The notes under the pieces were generated by a model, which did not search any database, had not been told where the DNA came from, and worked only from the letters and a program-made list of their open reading frames with translations. Source: Camelus ferus (lineage: Eukaryota). From it: a stretch of 64,000 nt of DNA. The stretch's first letter is position 1; every line of letters begins with the position of its first letter. Positions 12,731 through 26,329 of the stretch are shown here, piece by piece. A program made the translations under genes and the position numbers. The stretch is from the NCBI RefSeq assembly GCF_009834535.1, contig NC_045696.1, forward strand, positions 100,442,001-100,506,000, in the 5' to 3' direction.

Positions 12731-13122
12731 CCATGATGTGTTGATAAATGTTTAATGACCAGCTCTCTAAGAAAGACAGCACTGATTCATAGTATTTGTT
12801 GATTTCCATGGTGTAAATAATCCCTTCATAAGTTTAACCTACCAACTTAGTATGAACATGAAATTGGGAAGAGATATGCAGTTGCATCCCATTATGATGC
12901 TCCCACAACATAATACAGTAGGCATGAAGGATCTCAAGTATGCAGATAACAGCAAAATACTTTATAAATGATGGCTCTTGCCTTCCTTATTAATAGGATT
13001 TATTTCATTGTAAATTAATCTAATTTAATTTTTAATAATAGAAGGGTTTAACAGTTAACTCACAAAATTCCTGAAAGTTTAACTGTTGCCCTGGGTGATC
13101 CAGCTCTGGAGCACAGCACTGG
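12731..13122. mobile_element. MER63-like hAT-Blackjack non-autonomous transposon
   Basis: Decayed terminal inverted repeats (TIRs) ccatgatgtgttg / agcacagcactgg; internal 'gatttccatggtgtaaata' and 'ttgggaagagat' match MER63. Confidence 0.75.
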
Positions 13123-14684
13123 AAGGTAGTTCATTGTAAACTGGCCCCTTTAAAAACCGTATCTCCTTTTTCAGGTCAACATTGCATAGGGTACAGAGTA
13201 GTGTTATATTTAACACACCATTTCATATGTATCTAATCTAAGATTGGATGTATTGACTTAATATCAAAATATTTTATGGTTTTTTGTGGCAATTACCATG
13301 TTTATCCCTGGTTCATCTGTATATAACCTTACTCCCTTAAAATCCTAAAACAGAGAAGAAACTGGCTTCCTAGTTTAGTATCTTGACTCACTTTTGCAAG
13401 AAAGGCTCACTTTTATGAGCTTAGGTGGTAAGTGTTGAAATAAAATTGTGCTAATTTCTCAAAGATTAACTAAAGATGGAATTTTAAACTTGAAATGAAA
13501 AGCATGCAGATATGAAAATGTCTTGAAATTCTCGTTCATATAATAAGTGGTGACGTAGGCTCCCTGCTTCCTCTCTGGTCAGCCCTGCTGTGCCAGGGGC
13601 GTTGTCTTTTCAGAGGAGACTCATAAACCTCCTTGACATTGGTGAGGAGGATGTGGACACAACTGTCAGTCCAAGGAACCTTTGGAAGACATTTTGCTGA
13701 TTACTTAATTTTGTCCTCTAGCTCAGGTTGATTTTAATGTTAAAAATTTTATCGTGTAGTTGATGCATCAAGCATTTTACAGTTATTTCAGATTGACCAC
13801 CATAGGTTCAGATGCAGGTTTCCATTTGGGTTATTTTACATTCTACTTACATGCACAGTGAAAGGGAAGTAAGATGATTGAAGGGCTTAAATGGGCTGGT
13901 TATTGTCCATTTCTTTGGCCACTTTTGAGCAGTTTATATTTCTTTTACTGTATCAGCACTAGTTATCATTGCACTTGTATAACTGCACATGAAAAACCAT
14001 GATTTTCTACAAAGATGGAGGAAAAATGGTTTTAACATCTGTAGAGCACATTTCCAGTAGATTATCATGTTGAGTATGGATAATGGCCTCACATGCAATT
14101 AGTAACATTTGGTTTGTTTTTACCCCTAGATTCTTAGTTTGTTACTTCTTTTAAATTCAGAAAGCACTGGACATTGCCAAATGTATTTTTTCTTAACTTA
14201 GTTAGAATGAAAATACCAGGTTTAAAATGCATTGATATGCTGGATGGTCTGTGACATTAAGTTTGTAAAATTGAGAAAAAGCCTAAGAACTAAAGGCTAT
14301 TTTACTTTAATACAGTAGCGAAAGTTCTCCTAGTGCTCTGACCTTTCTGTGCCATTCCTCTTATGATCTTGCTCAGCAGCATGAAAATTAAATGACATTC
14401 AGGAGCAAACCCTCTGATGTTTCGGTAGAGGAGAACTTTTGTTGGCATTCTTAGATTTTACTTTATTTTCTTTCCTCTTTATTTCTCTCACTTGTTATAT
14501 TTCATTTTAATGTGAAAGCTTATTGGTTTTGCAAGTAAGTTCATTGTAAAACACTAAGATAAAAAATCCTAATAGAAATGAATGTACATCATTAGTATAA
14601 GAACTTATTTTTTTCAAGTATTTAAGAAGCAACAATAGATAATAGTGCCTTTGATTATATAATTTGATTTATGGTGGTATTTGA

Positions 14685-14885
14685 AAATAATTTTTATGGA
14701 AAATTTTAAACAGAGACAAAAGTTGAGAGAGGAGTACATGAATGTCTGTGTATCTATAACCCAGGGTCAACAGTTATAGTTACCAACATTTCTCCCACTT
14801 TATTCCATCTATCTCCGTCACCTCCCTTGACCTGAAATGTTTTAAAACACATCTCAGTCATCATATTATTTACCTTGTAAATAAT
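14685..14885 (-). mobile_element. Old L1 (L1ME/MC-like) 3' fragment
   Basis: 'atggaaaattttaaacagagacaaaagttgagagaggagta...acccagggtcaacagtta' is typical of old L1 3' ends. Confidence 0.55.
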
Positions 14886-15202
14886 AATTTAAGCTCATGA
14901 CAGCTTTTTCCATCAAAGATTTATTTTGCTCATTTGAGTCATTTATGGAGATTAACTAAAAGCTTTTGTGACGGAAAATACTACCTCCACATTTTATAAT
15001 GTCACTTTTCCTCTTTGAGACTTAGTTTTTTCCCCCTCTCCATTGACAAACTCAACTCAGGCAAAACCAAAAAACAAATAAAGAAAAACGAAACATAGTA
15101 CAATAGTAAGTGAGCAAGAAAGAGAATTTTCTGTAAATCAGCAGCAAATAGCTTCTTAATAGAACATTTAGGCAGATAATTATATCCCACAAGGGGATAA
15201 TA

Positions 15203-15678
15203 ATTATTTTATTGAGCTTCACTTTATTGTCCTTTGAAGACATTGTGTTTTTTCTACCTATTGAAGGTTTGTGGCAACCCTGCATCAAGCAAGTCTACTG
15301 GCGTCATTTTTCCAATAGCATTTGCTCATTTCGTGTCTGTGTCACATTTTTGTGGTAATTCTCATAATATTTCAAACTTTCAAATTGTTATTGTATTTGT
15401 TATGGTGATCTGTGATCAGTGACTTGATGTTACTACTACAACGCATGGAAGCCTCAGATTACGGCTTTATCAATAAAATATTTTTAAATTAAGGTATATT
15501 ACATTGTTTTTTCAGATAATGCTATTACACATTGAATAGACTGTGTGTAAATATAACTTTTATATGCGCTGGGAAACCAAAAAAATGTGTGTGACCTGTT
15601 TTATTGCGATATTTGCTTTATTGCGACACTGCTTCTTTGGTCTGGAACCGAACCTGCAATAGCTCTGAGGTCTCCCTA
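15203..15678 (+). mobile_element. Tigger1 internal-deletion derivative (Tigger1a-like)
   Basis: Tigger1 5' part 'ttgaaggtttgtggcaaccctgcatcaagcaagtct' is joined to the 3' part 'gctgggaaaccaaaaaa...ggtctggaaccgaacctgcaata.ctctgagg'. Confidence 0.9.
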
Positions 15679-16559
15679 CTCAGAAAAGGCACTGTGATAT
15701 GGGTGCAAAGACCTTCATGTTGAAGCACAACTCCATTAGCAGTGACGGAGAATTTGAAAAGAATCAGAGGCCCAGTTTTCTTATTTGTTAACATAGGTAA
15801 AAGTATACTGTTATATTTCATTGGGTTGTTATACGGATTAAGTTTTTTAAAATGTAGGGGAAAGTCTTTAGAACTTGTTACCTTTTTTTTTGCTCCAAGG
15901 GCAGCAGTATCTTGCACAAAAGAGAAATTCAGTGATATTTTGTGCTCTCACTCGAGACACTTTTCTCTTCCTTTTGAATATTTGGTCTCTTTGAAACAAT
16001 TCATTTTCACAAAGCCAAAAGGTTTTCATCCTAAATTAGAGAAAAAAATATTTAGTTTTTTAATCTTAAGATACCATATTCAACAAAGGAATTATTTTTA
16101 TAAAATTATTGGTCTTTTTATATTTCTGCTTTTAACTAAAATTATTTCCTTGCGCTTTAATAAATTTTCCTTGTCTAAAGTTTGGAAAAGTTATCAAGTC
16201 CAGTCATTTTCATTTTCATCAAAACGCTGCCTCACATGAAGGATCAATTGGTTGAATTTCTCTAGCTGTAATTAAAAACAAATTAGCCTCAAAGTAATAA
16301 ATTTATTCATTAATCTCTTCCAAATATACTTTCTCTACAGTTCCTTTGCAGTTGGTTTAAGATTTTCAATGTCCTAAGAAATAGTTAAAAATTTTTAAAT
16401 GCATCAGTGACATAATGGCCATAAAAGAACATTAGAATAGTCACCATCTCAATTTACTTCTTAAATGTACTATTAATCAGAAACTCAGTATTTAACTAAT
16501 GTTTGTAACTATCTAAAATTGCAAGAATAGTGACCTCCACATTCAAAGTATGGAATAGT

Positions 16560-16992
16560 TTCATTACACCAAACTCCCTTCCTTGATCTAATTCCTGTAT
16601 CAATGATTTTTCCTTTTTCAGAATGTCAACTATGTGGACTCATTCAGTATGAAGTCTCTTGTATCATTTTTATTTCATTCAGTATAATGCTTTTGAAATT
16701 CATCCAAGTTGTTGCATGTATTGGTAGTTCATTGCTTTTTATTGCTGAGTAGCATTTTATTGTGTAGATATGCCACAATTTATTTATCCACTTTCCAGCT
16801 GATGGATGTTTGGGATGTTTCCAGTTTTGAATTATTATAAATAAAAATGCTAAAAGACTTACAGGTCATTGCGTAGACATATGTTTTCAATTCCCTAGGT
16901 AAGAGTGGATCATATGGTAGGTGTACGTTCAATATTATAACAAAGTGACCATGCCATTTATATTCCCAAAAGCAGTGTATAAGAGCTCAGTT
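16560..16992 (-). mobile_element. Old L1M fragment, outer layer of a nested stack
   Basis: 'ttcatccaagttgttgcatgtat...tttttattgctgagtag...gatggatgtttgggatgtttccagtttt'. Confidence 0.8.
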
Positions 16993-17106
16993 GACAGTCA
17001 GAGAAAGAAAGAGATTTAAGGAATTGGCTCACATTGTGAATATGAGGGCTGATGAGACTAAAATCCATAGGTCAAGGCAGCAGGCTGCAGATTTGAGAGA
17101 ACATTT

Positions 17107-18040
17107 CCATGTCATTGCAGAATTATTCACAACAGTCAAAAGGTGGATACAACCTAAATGTTCATCGATAGATGAATGGATAATGTGGACTAAGAATGCC
17201 ACCTGCTGTATCAGTAAACAAAGGATGTTGCAGCCATCAAGCCAGCCACTGCAGCCACCCCCAACAGTGCACCCAGAGGAGACTCAGGATGGGAAAGCAC
17301 AGGACACTGGCCCTACATAGCTAAAGTGCATAGCAAAGGAATGATTTCAGTGAGCCCAGACTCTTGCATCTTCCCATACACAGAAATGCACAAAATTTAT
17401 TAACTTGAGATGTCTGTTTTTCTTTAATTAACAGTAATCTTTTGATGTTCCAACTACTTAGTTTTTGTTACAAAATTTCTATATATCCCAGCTCCTCCCT
17501 TACCTCTTTAGGGCAGTCCCTCAGAACTATCTGATGGCTGTCTCCTTAAAGTCCTCAGAAAATCCATTGAATAAAACATAATTCTCAGCCTTTAGGTTGT
17601 GCATTCTTTTCCGTTGACAATAAAGAAAATGTGGTATGTGTATATATTCACGCACAATGAAATATCATTCAGCCTTTAAAAAAAGAGGAAATCCTGTCAT
17701 ATGCTGCAACGTGGGTGAACTTTGAGTACATTACGTTAAATGAAATAAGCCAGTCACAGAAGAACAAATACTGCATGATTCAACTTATATGAGCGATCTA
17801 AAGTAGTAAACTCATAGAAGTAGAAAGTAGAATGGTGGTTGCCAGGAGCTGAGAGAGGGGAAAATGTAGAAGTTGCAGTTCAACGGGTATAAAGTTTCAG
17901 TCAGGCAAGATGAAAAAGTTATAGAGGCTCATTGTACAACATTCCACAAAATCTTCCAGTTAACCATATTTACTGTTCACTTAAAAGTGTGTTAAGAGGG
18001 TAGATCTCATGTTATTTTTTTTTTTTTTCACTGCAATGAA
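17107..18040 (+). mobile_element. L1MB-like 3' end, split by an ERV1 LTR
   Basis: 'cattgcagaattattcacaacagtcaaaaggtgga...gatgaatggataa' resumes as 'agaaaatgtggta...gagggtagatctcatgtta'. Confidence 0.9.
17184..17619 (+). mobile_element. Solo ERV1-type LTR, 436 bp
   Basis: TG...CA termini; perfect 4-bp TSD ATAA (17180-83 / 17620-23); TATA-like 'ctatatat' and AATAAA near 17570. Confidence 0.9.
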
Positions 18041-18338
18041 AGAAGAGTTGACATTGCAGTCTTGCATCTGAAGGCTGGAAACTCAGGCAGAATTTCTATG
18101 TGCCAGTTTGGAGGCAGAACTTTCTCACTGGAAAACTTTAGCCTTTTCTCTTCGGGCCTCAACTGATTGTTTGAGGCTCACCCGCATTATGAAGAATAAT
18201 CTTAAAATCAGGTCTGACTGTAAATACTAATCACATCTAAAAATACCTTTACAGCAATATCTAATATAGGGTTTGGCCAAACAACTAACTATATTCACTA
18301 TATTCCAGCTAAGTTTACACATAAAATTAACCATTACA

Positions 18339-18790
18339 TGTTCTAAGAAATCTTCATCCAACTTAAAATTACAAAGATTTTTCTTTTTTTTCATTAAAAT
18401 TTTATAGTTTCAGATTTTATAGTTAGATCTATGATCCATTTTGAATTATATTTGCATGTGGTATATAATAAAGGTTGAGGTTCATTTTTAGAGGAGTGAG
18501 GGCCTATGCAAGTCCAATTGTTCCAGCACTGTTTGTTGAAAAGACTATCTTTTCCTCATTAAATTACCCTGCACCTTTGTCACATATTATTTGACCATAT
18601 ATGCAAAGGTCTATTTCTGACTGTCAGTTCTTTTCCATTGATCTATGTGTCTGTTCGCATGCCAATTCCATAATTGTCTTGTTTACTGTAACTTGGAAAT
18701 AAAATAATGATTCCTCCAATTTTTTCTTCTTTTTCAAAATTGTTTCAGCTCTTCTAGACCCTATGCTTCCCCATATAAATAATATTATCA
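18339..18790 (-). mobile_element. Old L1M ORF2 fragment, continuation of the outer layer
   Basis: 'agatctatgatccattttgaatta...ccaattgttccagcactgtttgttgaaaagactatcttttcctcatt'. Confidence 0.85.
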
Positions 18791-21700
18791 GGTTATGAAT
18801 TTGTGCATGGCTATGTCAGTTACTGTAAGTGGTGAGCAGGGGCATGTTCAGGGTACAGATATGTTTACAGAAGCAAAGTCCAATCTGTCCTGTTGGCCAC
18901 TAACTGCATTTTTGGCAGCCTGGGGAAGGGTGGGAACTGTGAGAAGGATGACTTGGGCTCCAGACTGTGAAAGGTGCAGGCAAAGGTTCATCACAGACTT
19001 GATTCAGCCCATATGAGAGAGAAAAAGTTTGTTATGGAAATGGTCATTCTCTGTTCATTTGCATCATTCATTTAAATTTTTGGGTTTCTCCCTTTTCCTC
19101 TTCCAATCATTTGTCCTCCTTTATTTTGCCAGGAATTTAGTTCTTCTGTCTTCTTCCTAGTCATCACTTTCCCCATGCTACCAAGCAGTGAGCTGTATTT
19201 AAGTATCCTTTTAATTTATAACTGAGAAACCACTGTTCAGCACCTTTTATATAAAAAACAGCTAAAGATTCATGGGGTATACTAATCCAAAGAGAGAAAG
19301 AGTTGTGCTGATCCTAATGAAACTGGATGTTTTAAGTGGGGTGAAGGGTTTTTTTCATATAGAGCTTTTTTTTTTTTAATATAGTAAGAATGGAATCTCA
19401 TGATTTGAATTTCAAAGATGAAATTAATGTTCCTTAGTGTTTCTCCATATTTCCCAAGTATATTTAAGGTCAAAGGAAGAATAAAAATTAGCAGTTTCAT
19501 TACCAGGTCATTGTTGTTCTTTTTTTCCCTAATATTTTGCAAATACTTCATAGCCGGAGAGCCAATGTCATAGGATGATGCAAAGAAAGAATTCTCAATA
19601 TATCTCTTGTCTTTGGTGTCTATTAGTTTTCAGAAGAGAAAGAGAAATGCCCTCTACCCTACCTGATTGCCTCTCCTCACTCTGCCCCCTCCCACCCTGT
19701 GACCATCCAGTCTGTCCATCTTTCTGTTCTCATATACATTTGAGCATTGGAGGGGTTTCTCACGGAATTCCAAGATGGAAGTGGCTACAACTTATGTAGA
19801 AGGAGTGTTTGAACTTTGATCAAATCAGTCAGATACAGTTTTGATGAATAAAATAAAAGGCAAAAGCCTATATTCGATATTATTATGTCTTTAGAGTACC
19901 TAAACTCATGTGATTAGCTCCCCACTAGCCATAGAGTGCCTTTTAGCAATAAAGTTATTCTGCTTATGCACAAAAGAGCTTGCTTTCTGCAAATTCACAC
20001 ATTTGGAATAATCGGGCCTACGGGAAAATAATCTTAAGGGTAGACCACTCCAAACCTATGTAATTTTATATACAGAGCCCTAAGGAAACAATAATTGGAG
20101 CCTTGGAAGATAATTTGGGATGGCATAGACAGTAGGACTCAAGGGATGTGAAAGTTCGCAAAGGCAATCGACTGGAAATGCTATCTTGTGGGCACTGGGA
20201 GAATTCAGGTGCAAGTGAAGCTGTGAGCACCAGAGACTCCTTCAAGGCTGGGGTTGAGCCCCCTGGGAGGGAGCTGTTAAAACACGGATCAAAGGCCTCC
20301 TGGCCTGTGCAGCAGCCAGGGTGAGGGGTATTTCCTTTCCTGATAAAGGTTGCAATTCTATTCCCGCTCTTCTGTCTCCACTCGCCTATGAAAAAAATCC
20401 CAGAAGAACCAGCACAACAATCAGCACATACTGATATCACTCCCCTAGTCACCAATTGTTTATGAGTTAATTAGTGTTAATAGAAACACAGGTCATAGAT
20501 AAAAAGACTGGGCTGCATTTCTTTGTAATTGTGAGCAGTTCTCTCCCTGCTGTGTAGCAGAATTCTGAGCTTGGCTCCTCTACAACTACAATTAAATAGC
20601 CCCTAAGCAGAGACAAGGCATTCTACCAGAAAAGGCTGACCACATTGTTGGCAAGTAGACATTCTCTGTTGTGGCTTGTTGGCCACTTACTGATGGCATG
20701 AAATTTATCCCACTTAAAAATTGCTAAGTATTAGTTGCATCAAGGAGCAAAATGGATGAGAGACTGCTCTCAGTCAAGAGAAAAATTATTTCATTTCCTA
20801 AAAACAGAATGCATTTATTTTCTACTCATCAGCTTCCAAAACCTAAACCAATTTGTAGAATAAACTTTGAAAAAATAACGACGTACATTTAAGTAGAATT
20901 TGATGCTGACTGACTATCACTGTAGAAATTTCTGTCTTATGAGGGGGACCAAGGATACCCTAGAGAGAGCACATGATGTTTCACTGCTTGTCTTAAAAAA
21001 TACATCTAGCACAAAATGTGCTAAAGAATTTCTTCTAACAACTACTATTAAGAGGGAAAATTGAGCAGTGGATTGGATTTTAAATATTTTTTAGCTTGTT
21101 ACTCTTCCCAGGAACATTGCCATGGAGGAACACGTGAACAGCTATGGGATTTAATGTTGGTTTATCCTTCTTCCTAGATAAATTATTGAAGTCATGCCTG
21201 AGTAATCATCTTTAATAAAGGAAAGCATCCCTTGGCATTAAATGATCATCAAAGATTTGATGCTGTGTTGAAATTTCATTTCAGGATAAACTTGCTTAAT
21301 TATATTCAGGGGAGGTGTCATTATTTAAGTCCACACAGATTTTCACACTATTTATTTCCTTTCTTACAGTTCATGATCACATAAAATTCCGAAGAGATAG
21401 CCTAAATAGTATTTACAAAATATTTCAGTTCTAATAAACTGTAAGAGACTCTCTTTTGTTGTTGTGTTCAGTTTGTGATTATTTCTTCAAACTTTCCAGT
21501 ACATTTGTAACCATCTCTTATGAAACACTAATCTCCTTAGTTCCCAGTTTCCTAAAGGAGGAGGGAGAGCCAGATTGAGTTTAATAGGACTCCAGAAATG
21601 TGTACTAAGGGTTATTAATTCTTGTTTTTGTCTTTTTGACATGGGTGTGCTGCACTCTGGGGAACTGAAAGTTCACTGTGGAAAGCCTCTTTGACTTTTC

Positions 21701-23599
21701 ATATTTGTAACACAGATGTTGATCTTCAAATTCTCCCGCCTTTTGGAGTTTTATGTCTCACAAGGTATTTACAACGACCATGTTAACTATCATTCCAGTC
21801 TTCCCACAATCTGTTTTGGGGTTTCTAAAGGGCTCTTTTTCCTATATTTTGCTTGTATCATAAAAGTGTGCAGATTATGAGTAGTTAAAAGTGGAGATTT
21901 TAGAATTAGACTTTCTGCCTCCATTCAATTTCTCTCTTCACTTTCGAGTCACGTGTTTTTGTTTTTTTCCAAGAAGAAAAAAGGAATTTTTTATTGACAT
22001 AAAGAAGATCAATGACATTTTATGTCCTTGTGACAATGACACGAGACTTCTTGTTAGAACAATGCGATTCAGAACATAGTGGAGCAACATTTGTCATGCT
22101 GTAAAAAAAAAAAGAAACTGTCAATTAGTAATTCTATGCCAAGTGAAAATATTTTTCTGAAATGAAAGAAAAACACATTTCATATACACAAAATTTTAAA
22201 TAATTAATCACTAACAGACCTACATTATAGGAAAAATATTAGAGAAAATGATACCAGCTGGAAATCTGGGTCTATGCAAAGGAATGAAGAACACTGGAAA
22301 TGGTAAATATGTGAGTAAATATAGAAGACTTTTTTATCATTTAAAAAAACTTCTTTTTTCTTTTTTTCGAGCCTTTTTGTTTGTTTGTTTTTCTTGAACA
22401 ACCCATATTTCAAAGTAATATTAGTACTTGTAAGAGTGTTGAAACAATGAATTAATATATAAAGTGTTCATAGTGGCTCATGCATAATTCATACTATATA
22501 AATATCATCTATCATTATTATTCTTTTTCTCTTATTCTTAACTTGCAACTTTCTAAATTAGTAGTAGAAGTCAGTGGTAAAAAGAAGAAGAAATAATCCA
22601 TTGATAGAAATCAACTACCCTTCTCCCTTCATTACGTATATGTTTACATATAGGTGCCTTTTTTTTTTTTTTTTTTAATTCCTCTGGAGTCAGCTTGTTT
22701 TGTCTTGAAATTTTGAGTTGGCAGGTTGCCTTTTCAAAATGGCCTTAATAATCTACATTTCTACCAATGAGAATAAATTTTACCTTATGTCTCCACAAGC
22801 ATTAGGTTTTATTTTTCACAAAAATCCAGTTATTCAGAACTGTAAATACATCTTACTGACTTAAAGTGTAACACAAGTGTTTTAGCAAAATACTGATGGT
22901 AACTTAGAATGTCTAAATCATTTATAAAAAATCTCTGAATATATATTTTATTTTTAGATAAACTAATGGATACAAATATCTTGTTTCATCAAGTTTTCTT
23001 TCATTATTTTCAAGTGTTTTTTAAAAAAATGTAGACACCAAAAATAAATGGAAAGCTGCCTTTGTGTTTCTCATACATAATAGGCTATTCTTTGTCTTGT
23101 TCTCTGTGATGTTAAGAGCATCTAATAAATTTCCTTTTGTTAAGTTATGATTTATAAAGTGTGAAGAAGCAATCTGTCTATAAAAGAGAGACGCTGTGAC
23201 CTTTTTATCTGAATAGAAATAATCCCAGGGATCCACTGTTGTATTATTTTAATGATCTATTATCAACTCTACTATGTTGGAGGCCTTTCTTTGGCAAATT
23301 CAGGCCATAAAGAAACCACCAAAGGATTTGACTTAATATTGTAACCTCCAAGCAATTCCTTTTCACTTTTTTTTTAGGACTTTAACTTTTCACAGTTTAA
23401 TTATTATCAGATTAAACCATTCTTCTTTTCAAAACCAAGCCCCATCGCATCCATTTTAGAGATTATAGAGACCCTTCCAGGCAGAATTGCTGAAGAGTCA
23501 TATGTTAGTAGACCGCAACCACTCTGTTGATGCCATGAAATATAAATGGGAGTAGCCAGGGTAAAAATTAACTACAGTCTTTTAGCAAATTGAAGCTGC

Positions 23600-23730
23600 C
23601 AAACATATTTAGTTTTGAGGAGAAAACCTTGAGAAAAGCTCAACAGCTGATTTCAGTCATTTGAAAGGTTTTTGTATGGAAGACAATGGATTCTTTTCTG
23701 TATGATTCCAAGGAATAAAGGTAGAACTCA
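23600..23730 (+). mobile_element. L3/CR1 LINE fragment
   Basis: 'acagctgatttcagtcatttgaaaggtttttgtatggaag...ttctgtatgattccaag' resembles the L3 3' region. Confidence 0.5.
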
Positions 23731-23789
23731 TCAGAAATTCCTAATGAGTTTCTAATGGCAAAATCCAATAACCATTGATGGTTTAATCT

Positions 23790-25105
23790 CAATTATTTAC
23801 TCCCTGTGAGACATTTGATTGTTGACTTCTTTCTCATAAACATGCTCTTAATTTCTCATGCTTGAATGTTCCTTCTTAGTCTTTTATTTTTTTTAATGGT
23901 TCCTATTTCTTTGCTTTAACCCTAAAACTTGAGAAGTCTCATCATTGTTTCCCTCTCCTCACCTCTCCTCTCCTCTTCTCTTTCCTCTTCTCATTTTACT
24001 CCTGGTTTCTTGTTGATCTTACCCATTTTCAGAACTTGAGCTACCTTCTTTCCCCTAATCTGTAAATCCAGTGTGGTTTATTTTAGGGAGTTCCAGATCA
24101 ATATGTCCTCCTGAGAATCTCTCCTCAGAACCTTCCAACGGCACTTAAAGCTTAAGATTGCTTATACGGAACTTATTAACCTCCTCTTTCCAAACCCAGG
24201 TGTTTCCCTTATAGTCTGAATTTCTGAAAATGATAGTATCATTGCCAAATCAGTAAAGCCAAAAATCAAGAAATGATCTCTGTCTTCTTTTTCTTATAAT
24301 TCAAGCAATCAAGAATTCTTGAATACTTGATCTCTTTAACATGTCTCATAATAGCTCTTTTCTATGTGATTCTCCTGTAGCTGCCACTGTTTGGTTTTTC
24401 ATGATTTGTCTATTGAACTAACAGAATAGTTTCTTGGTTGGAATGCCTGAGTTCAATTTTCTCATATTCTCATTCATCCTCATCTGTATGTTAGATGGTA
24501 TGTACTATGGAGGAAAATAAAGAAGGGAAGAGGAGAGGAAATGCTGGAGAATATTGAGCTTTTATAAAAGACTGGTAGGGTAAGTTTCCCTGAGAAGTTG
24601 ACATTAGAATTAAGAATGGAAAGAGACCAGAGAGTATGCAATGTGGATATCTGGAGAATGAATATTTCAAGCAGAGGAAGCAGCAAGGACAAAGACCCTG
24701 AGATACAAGCATGGATACCTTTGTTACTAGAGAGGAGTGAGCTAAGAGGAAAATAATAAAGAAAAAACAAGCTCAAAAAGTTACTGAGGATGTTTGAGAG
24801 TAGCAAATAGTGTAACGCCTGATAAAGCTCTCCAAAGACTACAAAGTTTACTCTAAAAGAGATGGGAAGAAATTGAATCTTATGAGCTGAGGAATTATGT
24901 GACTTTATGTCATACGAGGATTACTCTGAGTACTGTGTTGGGGAGGCAGGTAAGGTGCTGGGTAGGTGTGATAAGTAGGGAGGACAGTTAAGAAGGTATT
25001 ATAATTGGGCATGTGAAGAACAATGCTAACTTGGACCAGGATGGTGATGCTGAAAGTCTTGAGAAGTCAGAGGAGTCTTCATAATTTGAAAGAATTTGCA
25101 GGATT
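23790..25105. mobile_element. L2 LINE fragments in two opposite orientations (about 23790-24470 and 24480-25105)
   Basis: Pyrimidine-rich L2-like segment followed by purine-rich L2-like sequence ('ggatatctggagaatgaatatttcaagcagaggaagcagcaaggacaaagaccctgag'). Confidence 0.6.
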
Positions 25106-25114
25106 CCTCATGGT

Positions 25115-25652
25115 TTATAAAGTCCCTGAGATTGTAATATAGTTATCTAAAGTGTTGTCTTGATCCAGTTTTGAGGCTCTCAGTAGGCTCTCATCATTTC
25201 CCCTTCTTGAGCAACCAGTTGAGTTCACTCCCCCAGGGACCTCCCGTAACGGGCTTTCACATTCATGATGGCTATACATCTGCCTTAATTGCTCCAGGGC
25301 CCAGGTAACAGGCAACCGGGGCAGTGCCCATGCTCCAGAGCCTGATTATTCAAATTATTCAAATTTATTCAAACCAGCCAATCCTAAACCTGTTTGCCCT
25401 GCCTCACTATTCCCTTGCCTTAGAAACCACAATGAAGACACCTCTCATAATTCTCTTTTCTCCCTTTTGCCTTGTGACTTAACCCTGGTGTTTCCCTGAG
25501 TGGCCTTGTGCTGTTTCTCCCGAGGGAACTGGGAACATTACAACTACAACAAAAGTGACAAAAACAAAACTGTAAAGATCCTTGCAGTTTCTCCTTCTCT
25601 CAGCCTATATCTAGCCTCACCATCCCTTATGCAGGGTAATATGGCTAAAACA
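25115..25652 (+). mobile_element. MER74/MER73-like ERVL LTR
   Basis: 'attattcaaaccagccaatcctaaacctgtttgccctgcctc...aaaccacaatgaag'; ends ...taaaaCA; contains a local triplication of attattcaa. Confidence 0.7.
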
Positions 25653-26329
25653 AATATACAGTACATATTTCATGCAAGTGTTTACTAAATGGATACTTCT
25701 TGGGAAGCATTTTGGCTCTAAATTCTTTTTTAAGTGCCAATAATTGGTAGTTGCTCAATAAATGTTGCATGACTTTCTTGAACTAATATTAAGATGAATT
25801 TTCTAACAGAGGTATCAGGACGGAAGATATTCTCTTAATTATATACTCTTCAGGGACTTTCACTTAGTATGTTAAGTCACTCAGAAGAGAATCATGTATG
25901 AGTAGAATAATTCTAATATTTTAAATTAATGTTTTACCAAGCCTGAAATTTTCTGATTCTTTGACACCTCTTTGATGATATTAGTCTACAGAGGGAAATA
26001 AAACAAATACGCACAAAATAACAGCAGTAGAAACATTTGAGCTGTTTTCTATGTTAAAAAAAATAGTCCTTAGGATTTGATATTTATGATTTGCAAGTAT
26101 AATTTTTAAAGAAGACAGAACTTTGGTAAAATAATAGACAATTATAGGTGTTTGAAGTTACTAGGAAAAAAAACAACTTGCACACCATTTAGTGATATGT
26201 GGTGATAAGTCTTCTGTGGACAGATACTGATTTCCCTAGCCAGAATTGAAAGAATAAGGCAGAATGTGCTACAAATGAAAACATTTAGATAAAATTGACA
26301 GACTTGGAAACTTTTTTTTTAAATATAAT

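Larger units (their letters stand above)
16998..18338. mobile_element. MLT2 (ERVL) LTR split by an L1MB insertion; pieces about 16998-17100 and 18045-18338
   Basis: 'gagatttaaggaattggctcac' and 'ggctggaaactcaggcag...aatcacatctaaaaatacctt...cataaaattaaccattaCA'. Confidence 0.8.

Noticed and set aside
15742..16239. 165-aa ORF
   Set aside because: Non-ATG start, F/K/L/I-biased composition typical of AT-rich chance ORFs, and no recognisable domain.
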